From IMG/VR virus record IMGVR_UViG_2541047726_000007: a DNA stretch of 23,312 nt. One strand, given 5' to 3'. The DNA is from a virus. Its lineage: Duplodnaviria > Heunggongvirae > Uroviricota > Caudoviricetes. The notes beneath the pieces were generated by a model. The model was not told the DNA's origin, ran no database searches, and saw nothing but the letters and a program-made list of their open reading frames with translations. Shown here piece by piece: positions 18,270 to 23,312 of the stretch (position 1 is the stretch's first letter; every line of letters begins with the position of its first letter). Both the position numbers and the translations under genes were made by a program.

Positions 18270-18653
18270 ATGCGTGATATTCAGATGGTTCTTGAGCGTT
18301 GGGGTGCGTGGGCGGCTAATAATCATGAAGATGTGACCTGGTCGTCCATTGCCGCCGGTTTTAAGGGATTAATTCCTTCAAAAGTAAAATCTCGCCCGCA
18401 ATGTTGTGACGATGACGCGATGATCATTTGCGGGTGCATGGCCCGTCTGAAAAAGAACAACAGCGATTTACACGATTTATTAGTAGATTATTATGTATGT
18501 GGTATGACATTCATGTCACTGGCAAGTAAGCATTGCTGCTCGGATGGTTATATCGGGAAAAGGTTACAGAAGGCTGAGGGCATAATTGAAGGGATGTTAA
18601 TGGCATTAGATATCCGGTTAGATATGGATATCGTTGCTAATAATTCTAATTGA
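18270..18653 (+). CDS. Q: Late-gene antiterminator Q (DLP12 QuuD / phage 21-82 type), 127 aa
   Basis: [24 protein letters not shown]... matches remembered QuuD; GGAG site before the ATG at 18270. Confidence 0.8.
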   Translation: MRDIQMVLERWGAWAANNHEDVTWSSIAAGFKGLIPSKVKSRPQCCDDDAMIICGCMARLKKNNSDLHDLLVDYYVCGMTFMSLASKHCCSDGYIGKRLQKAEGIIEGMLMALDIRLDMDIVANNSN

Positions 18654-18679
18654 TATGCAATTGTTTACTAAAAGTTATT

Positions 18680-18703
18680 AAAAATGGGGCGTGGAAACGC
18701 CCC
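18680..18703 (-). terminator. GC-rich hairpin with a minus-strand U-tract (possible nmpC terminator or pR'-proximal structure)
   Basis: GGGGCG-uggaaa-CGCCCC; the minus strand continues AUUUUUAAU. Confidence 0.35.
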
Positions 18704-18790
18704 CAAAATAAAGGGTAATATATAACAGAAGGTTTATATAGTAAGAAGCAAGGTAGTGCTTCTAAAGGAAGTGGCTTGAGGGCTCCACTT

Positions 18791-18830
18791 ATATGTTGCG
18801 GAGGCAAAGCCTCCCGCAACATATCTTTTT
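18791..18830 (+). terminator. Intrinsic terminator downstream of Q (tR'-like), convergent with the nmpC 3' end
   Basis: About 15-bp stem ATATGTTGCGGAGGC / GCCTCCCGCAACATAT, then CTTTTTCG. Confidence 0.55.
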
Positions 18831-18841
18831 CGTAAGTCAGA

Positions 18842-19924
18842 TTAGAACTGATAAACCAGACCTACAGCGACGATGTCGTCGGTATCAATACCAGCTGTTT
18901 TGGTAAACTTACTATCGTCAATTAAGTTGATTTTGTAATCAACAAAAGTGGACATGTTTTTATTAAAGTAGTAAGTAGCACCGACATCGACATACTTGAC
19001 TAAGTCTCGGTCACCATGAACACCAAGGTCTTTACCTTTTGACTGAAGGTAAGCAACAGATGGACGCAGACCGAAGTCAAACTGATATTGTGCTACTGCT
19101 TCAAAGTTTTGTGCTTTGTTTGCAATATGGTTATTACCAAAAACGGTCATATTCTGAGTTTCAGAATATGTGGTAGCCAGATAGATATTGTTCGCATCAT
19201 ATTTCAGGCCTGCAGCCCATACTTCCGCATTTTTGCCGGAGGCATTGAATTTGCTCTTACCATAGGCGACCTGACCGTCAGTGCGATCTGATTTAGCATA
19301 GGTTGCACCCACGCCGAATCCTTCATACTCATAAGTAGTGGAGAAACCGAAACCATCACCATTGGCTTCAGTTACGTCAGTGCGGTCATTTTTACCCTGA
19401 TACTGAGCAGCAAAGTTCAGGCCATCGACCAGACCAAAGAAGTCGTTGTTACGATAAGTTGCAACACCAGTAGTGCGACCAGTCATGAACACATCTGTTT
19501 GGGTCCAGGTATCACCACCGAATTCTGGCAGAACGTCAGTCCACGCACCGATGTCGTATGCTACACCGTAGTTACGGCCGTAATCGATTGAGCCGTAATC
19601 ACCAAATTTCAGGCCTGCAAATGCAAGACGGGTTTTGTCTTTGGAAGAACCTTGAGATTCAGCACGGTTGCCTTTGAATTCATATTCCCACTGACCGAAA
19701 CCAGTCAGTTGATCGTTGATTTGGGTTTCACCTTTGAAGCCAAGACGGGCATAAGTAGTATCACCATCATCTGCATCATTAGAGGAGAAGTAGTGCTTGG
19801 CATTAACTTTCCCGTATAGATCCAGCTTGTTACTGTCTTTATTATAAATTTCAGCTGCCTGAGCAGACATCGCCATCAGTACTGATGCAGCTACAGCAGA
19901 AATTGCCACTGTTAATTTTTTCAT
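18842..19924 (-). CDS. nmpC: Outer-membrane porin, OmpC/OmpF family (NmpC / Lc-type lysogenic-conversion porin), intact
   Basis: Signal peptide [23 protein letters not shown] followed by porin beta-barrel features and a C-terminal ...VGLVYQF. Confidence 0.9.
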   Translation of the reverse strand: MKKLTVAISAVAASVLMAMSAQAAEIYNKDSNKLDLYGKVNAKHYFSSNDADDGDTTYARLGFKGETQINDQLTGFGQWEYEFKGNRAESQGSSKDKTRLAFAGLKFGDYGSIDYGRNYGVAYDIGAWTDVLPEFGGDTWTQTDVFMTGRTTGVATYRNNDFFGLVDGLNFAAQYQGKNDRTDVTEANGDGFGFSTTYEYEGFGVGATYAKSDRTDGQVAYGKSKFNASGKNAEVWAAGLKYDANNIYLATTYSETQNMTVFGNNHIANKAQNFEAVAQYQFDFGLRPSVAYLQSKGKDLGVHGDRDLVKYVDVGATYYFNKNMSTFVDYKINLIDDSKFTKTAGIDTDDIVAVGLVYQF

Positions 19925-20350
19925 TGTACGCCCTTTTTTTGAACTTTTATTAAAAAATGATGTCACTGCGCGATAAATATTCATCTAATCAATGTGATTA
20001 TTTCAAGATGTAAGTTTTAGTTTCTCATTTAATTTGTGAAGTAGATCTCTATTTTTATCTGAACCTTTTCTATCTAATCCTATTCATGGCTCTTGTCTGA
20101 ACAAAAATAAATCTATTAGCTAATTTATATTAATGGCACTTATTTATAAGTGCTCTATAATTCTTTAGCTTAATTTAAACAAACTAAAAATAACATCGGA
20201 AATTATTAACTGGTTATTTGTTGAAGTTTTCTTATGCATTTGTGGTGGTGTTTTGAACACTCGGTGGCATTCTCACAAATATCATTTAGTAGTTTACGTA
20301 CGTAAAAAATTGGTTATGCTGTTAAGAGTGGTTACTTCGTCACACAGCTT

Positions 20351-20383
20351 AAACCCGCCGTCGAGCGGGTTTTTCCATTTTTT
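20351..20383 (+). terminator. Intrinsic terminator in the nmpC-holin intergenic region
   Basis: AAACCCGC-cgtcga-GCGGGTTT followed by TTCCATTTTTTG. Confidence 0.7.
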
Positions 20384-20512
20384 GAGTCTCGATATTAGCT
20401 GATAACCCAATACCTGAGTTATTCACTGACTCCGAATCTGTTACGTTTCTGCCTTTATTGCGATACGTAGTATCCCCTTAATTTACACCCGCTTTGTCTG
20501 CGAGGTGGGGTT

Positions 20513-20728
20513 ATGAAATCCATGGATAAGTTAACAACGGGTGTCGCCTATGGTACCTCAGCAGGTAGTGCCGGGTACTGGTTTTTACAGTTGCTCGATA
20601 AAGTCACGCCCTCACAGTGGGCGGCAATAGGTGTGCTGGGTAGCCTGGTATTTGGCCTGCTGACGTACCTGACAAACCTTTATTTCAAGATTAAAGAAGA
20701 TAAGCGCAAGGCTGCGAGAGGTGAATAA
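20513..20728 (+). CDS. S: Class II holin (phage 21 S-type pinholin) with MKSM dual-start motif
   Basis: 71-aa product with two transmembrane segments, S21-like; GAGGTGGGG site upstream. Confidence 0.85.
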
Positions 20729-21225
20729 TGCCTCCATCATTACGAAAAGCCGTTGCTGCTGCTATTGGTGGCGGAGCAATTGCTATAGCATCAGTGTTAA
20801 TCACTGGCCCAAGTGGTAACGATGGTCTGGAAGGTGTCAGCTACATACCATACAAAGATATTGTTGGTGTATGGACTGTATGTCACGGGCATACAGGAAA
20901 AGACATCATGCTCGGTAAAACGTATACCAAAGCAGAATGCAAAGCCCTCCTGAATAAAGACCTTGCCACGGTCGCCAGACAAATTAACCCGTACATCAAA
21001 GTCGATATACCGGAAACAATGCGCGGCGCTCTTTACTCATTCGTTTACAACGTGGGTGCTGGCAATTTCAGAACATCGACGCTTCTTCGCAAAATAAACC
21101 AGGGCGATATCAAAGGCGCATGTGATCAGCTACGTCGCTGGACATATGCTGGCGGTAAGCAATGGAAAGGTCTCATGACTCGTCGTGAGATTGAGCGTGA
21201 AATCTGTTTGTGGGGTCAGCAATGA
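20728..21225 (+). CDS. R: SAR endolysin (phage 21 R-type lysozyme with N-terminal signal-anchor-release domain)
   Basis: Gly/Ala-rich N-terminal weak transmembrane domain followed by a lysozyme-like region; 165 aa. Confidence 0.85.
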   Translation: MPPSLRKAVAAAIGGGAIAIASVLITGPSGNDGLEGVSYIPYKDIVGVWTVCHGHTGKDIMLGKTYTKAECKALLNKDLATVARQINPYIKVDIPETMRGALYSFVYNVGAGNFRTSTLLRKINQGDIKGACDQLRRWTYAGGKQWKGLMTRREIEREICLWGQQ

Positions 21226-21683
21226 ACAGAGTAACCGCGATTATCTCCGCTCTGGTTATCTGCATCATCGTCTGCCTGTCATGGGCTGTTAATCATTACC
21301 GTGATAACGCCATTACCTACAAAGCCCAGCGCGACAAAAATGCCAGAGAACTGACGCTGGCGAACGCGGCAATTACTGACATACAGATGCGTCAGCGTGA
21401 TGTTGCTGCGCTCGATGCAAAATACACGAAGGAGTTAGCTGATGCGAAAGCTGAAAATGATGCTCTGCGTGATGATGTTGCCGCTGGTCGTCGTCGGTTG
21501 CACATCAAAGCAGTCTGTCAGTCAGTGCGTGAAGCCACCACCGCCTCCGGCGTGGATAATGCAGCCTCCCCCCGACTGGCAGACACCGCTGAACGGGATT
21601 ATTTCACCCTCAGAGAGAGGCTGATCACTATGCAAAAACAACTGGAAGGAACCCAGAAGTATATTAATGAGCAGTGCAGATAG
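21222..21683 (+). CDS. Rz: Spanin inner-membrane subunit Rz
   Basis: N-terminal transmembrane helix and coiled-coil-like region; ATGA overlap with R; 153 aa. Confidence 0.8.
   Translation: MNRVTAIISALVICIIVCLSWAVNHYRDNAITYKAQRDKNARELTLANAAITDIQMRQRDVAALDAKYTKELADAKAENDALRDDVAAGRRRLHIKAVCQSVREATTASGVDNAASPRLADTAERDYFTLRERLITMQKQLEGTQKYINEQCR
21442..21624 (+). CDS. Rz1: Spanin outer-membrane lipoprotein Rz1, embedded in Rz in the +1 frame
   Basis: Lipobox LVVVGC and a proline-rich mature region. Confidence 0.75.
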   Translation: MRKLKMMLCVMMLPLVVVGCTSKQSVSQCVKPPPPPAWIMQPPPDWQTPLNGIISPSERG

Positions 21684-21706
21684 AGCTGCCCGGTAATGAC
21701 TCCAAC

Positions 21707-22210
21707 TTATTGATAGTGTTTTATGTTCAGATAATGCCCGATGACTTTGTCATGCAGCTCCACCGATTTTGAGAACGACAGCGACTTCCGTCCCAGCCGT
21801 GCCAGGTGCTGCCTCAGATTCAGGTTATGCCGCTCAATTCGCTGCGTATATCGCTTGCTGATTACGTGCAGCTTTCCCTTCAGGCGGGATTCATACAGCG
21901 GCCAGCCATCCGTCATCCATATCACCACGTCAAAGGGTGACAGCAGGCTCATAAGACGCCCCAGCGTCGCCATAGTGCGTTCACCGAATACGTGCGCAAC
22001 AACCGTCTTCCGGAGCCTGTCATACGCGTAAAACAGCCAGCGCTGGCGCGATTTAGCCCCGACGTATCCCCACTGTTCGTCCATTTCCGCGCAGACGATG
22101 ACGTCACTGCCCGGCTGTATGCGCGAGGTTACCGACTGCGGCCTGAGTTTTTTAAATGGCGGAAAATCGTGTTGAGGCCAACGCCCATAATGCGGGCGGT
22201 TGCCCGGCAT
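21707..22210 (-). CDS. insB: IS1 InsB reading frame (expressed as InsAB' by frameshift)
   Basis: 167-aa ORF overlapping insA, IS1 InsB-like. Confidence 0.85.
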   Translation of the reverse strand: MPGNRPHYGRWPQHDFPPFKKLRPQSVTSRIQPGSDVIVCAEMDEQWGYVGAKSRQRWLFYAYDRLRKTVVAHVFGERTMATLGRLMSLLSPFDVVIWMTDGWPLYESRLKGKLHVISKRYTQRIERHNLNLRQHLARLGRKSLSFSKSVELHDKVIGHYLNIKHYQ

Positions 22211-22404
22211 CCAACGCCATTCATGGCCATATCAATGATTTTCTGGTGCGTACCGGGTTGAGAAGCGGTGTAAGTGAACTGCAGTTGCCATGTTTTACGG
22301 CAGTGAGAGCAGAGATAGCGCTGATGTCCGGCGGTGCTTTTGCCGTTACGCACCACCCCGTCAGTAGCTGAACAGGAGGGACAGCTGATAGAAACAGAAG
22401 CCAC
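22129..22404 (-). CDS. insA: IS1 InsA
   Basis: 91-aa product with zinc-finger and HTH features, matching remembered InsA. Confidence 0.85.
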   Translation of the reverse strand: MASVSISCPSCSATDGVVRNGKSTAGHQRYLCSHCRKTWQLQFTYTASQPGTHQKIIDMAMNGVGCRATARIMGVGLNTIFRHLKNSGRSR

Positions 22405-22459
22405 TGGAGCACCTCAAAAACACCATCATACACTAAATCAGTAAGTTGGCAGCATCACC

Positions 22460-22731
22460 CAGGCTTGTATGTTAATAGCGCAGCGACAGATGTATTTGCA
22501 GAGAAAACCACATTTGGATGTATTGCAAAAGCTGATGGTCACTTTCATGTGGTGACAAATGGTAAAGCGGTTAATGAAGTTTATTGTGAATATAATGGTG
22601 TGACCGCTGATAAAAATATCCGATTTGGAGGGCAGACGAATACTGGAGAACGACATCTGTTTGGCCATATTCGCAATTTCCGCATATGGCATAAAGAATT
22701 AAATGACAGGCAATTAAAAGAGGTCGTATGA
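22460..22731 (+). pseudogene. 3' fragment of a gene truncated by IS1; C-terminus resembles a LamG/concanavalin-like domain
   Basis: The frame is open from the IS1 boundary; ends ...LFGHIRNFRIWHKELNDRQLKEVV. Confidence 0.4.
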
Positions 22732-23006
22732 AAGATTTAACTTTGAAGTTTCATGACAAACTGCAGTTTAAGGCCTTCCTGTCATCTCTTGACTGGGAGG
22801 AGGATGAAGACCTCCAGAATAAACTGTTAGTCGATGAAATTGGTTTCACCTACACAGAAACAGGGGTAACAGAAGAGGGAGAACCTGTCTGTGTCCGGAA
22901 TGACGGTTATTTTGTCAACATTCGCATTCTTGATGACTTGTTTGATGTTTCTGTATTCTCTGATTATGTCGTGGAGCTGGAAACACCGCTTCGGGAATGG
23001 AGCTGA
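22728..23006 (+). CDS. Hypothetical acidic protein (92 aa)
   Basis: ATGA overlap with the upstream fragment; no recognisable motif. Confidence 0.5.
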   Translation: MKDLTLKFHDKLQFKAFLSSLDWEEDEDLQNKLLVDEIGFTYTETGVTEEGEPVCVRNDGYFVNIRILDDLFDVSVFSDYVVELETPLREWS

Positions 23007-23018
23007 AAGGAGGAAATA

Positions 23019-23312
23019 ATGGATATAAGCCCCTTACTTCATGCGCTTTGTGCTGTGGCTGCGCAGATACTGGTTGGTCTTTTTACCGGAAACTGGGCTT
23101 ACGGAGCGATAGCCGGTTGTACGTTCTTCATTGCGCGTGAACATACCCAGGCAGAATATCGCTGGATTGAAATGTTCGGGCATGGCAAGCGAATGAATAT
23201 GCCGTGGTGGGGCGGTTTTGATCCGCGAGCTTGGGATGTGGCAAGCCTGATGGATTTTGCTGTGCCGGTGGTGGCGTGTCTGCTGGTCTGGCTGTTGGTT
23301 AATCGTGGGTGA
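23019..23312 (+). CDS. Hypothetical small membrane protein (97 aa)
   Basis: GGAGG site upstream; predicted transmembrane segments at both ends; stop at the window end. Confidence 0.5.
   Translation: MDISPLLHALCAVAAQILVGLFTGNWAYGAIAGCTFFIAREHTQAEYRWIEMFGHGKRMNMPWWGGFDPRAWDVASLMDFAVPVVACLLVWLLVNRG

Larger units (their letters stand above)
21692..22459 (-). mobile_element. IS1 (768 bp) with no flanking target-site duplication
   Basis: Terminal repeats GGTAATGACTCCAACTTATTGAT at 21692 and the reverse complement of GGTGATGCTGCCAACTTACTGAT at 22459; the 9-bp flanks GAGCTGCCC and CAGGCTTGT differ. Confidence 0.9.

Noticed and set aside
19088-19291. 67-aa plus-strand ORF inside the porin gene
   Set aside because: Antisense to a well-supported porin coding sequence.
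21741-22371. Plus-strand ORFs of 96, 89 and 71 aa inside IS1
   Set aside because: Antisense to insA/insB; IS1 encodes only InsA and InsB frames.

Overview
The window is an almost complete early and lysis region of an integrated lambdoid prophage, read from the integrase stop codon (position 1) to an IS1-truncated right end. Calls rest on reading the supplied translations and the DNA by eye against remembered lambda, phage 21 and DLP12 proteins; no searches or computations were run. Order: int-xis, an ea/b-region operon of small unknown genes (one Ea22-like gene split by IS911), exo-bet-gam-kil-cIII-ea10-ral-orf28, sieB, a non-lambda N with its own nutL, a two-gene cassette of unknown function in the rexAB position, a chimeric cI, a non-lambda cro and nutR, cII, oop, O (with ori iterons), P, ren, ninB, an orphan adenine methyltransferase, ninE, rusA, Q, an intact nmpC/Lc-type porin moron, and a phage-21-type lysis cassette (pinholin, SAR endolysin, Rz/Rz1). 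IS1 follows Rz without a target duplication, and no terminase, head or tail genes are present in the window. The best candidate for an undescribed system is the AT-rich two-gene cassette (11236-12542) co-transcribed with cI where lambda carries rexA/rexB. No tRNA, rRNA or CRISPR array was seen.
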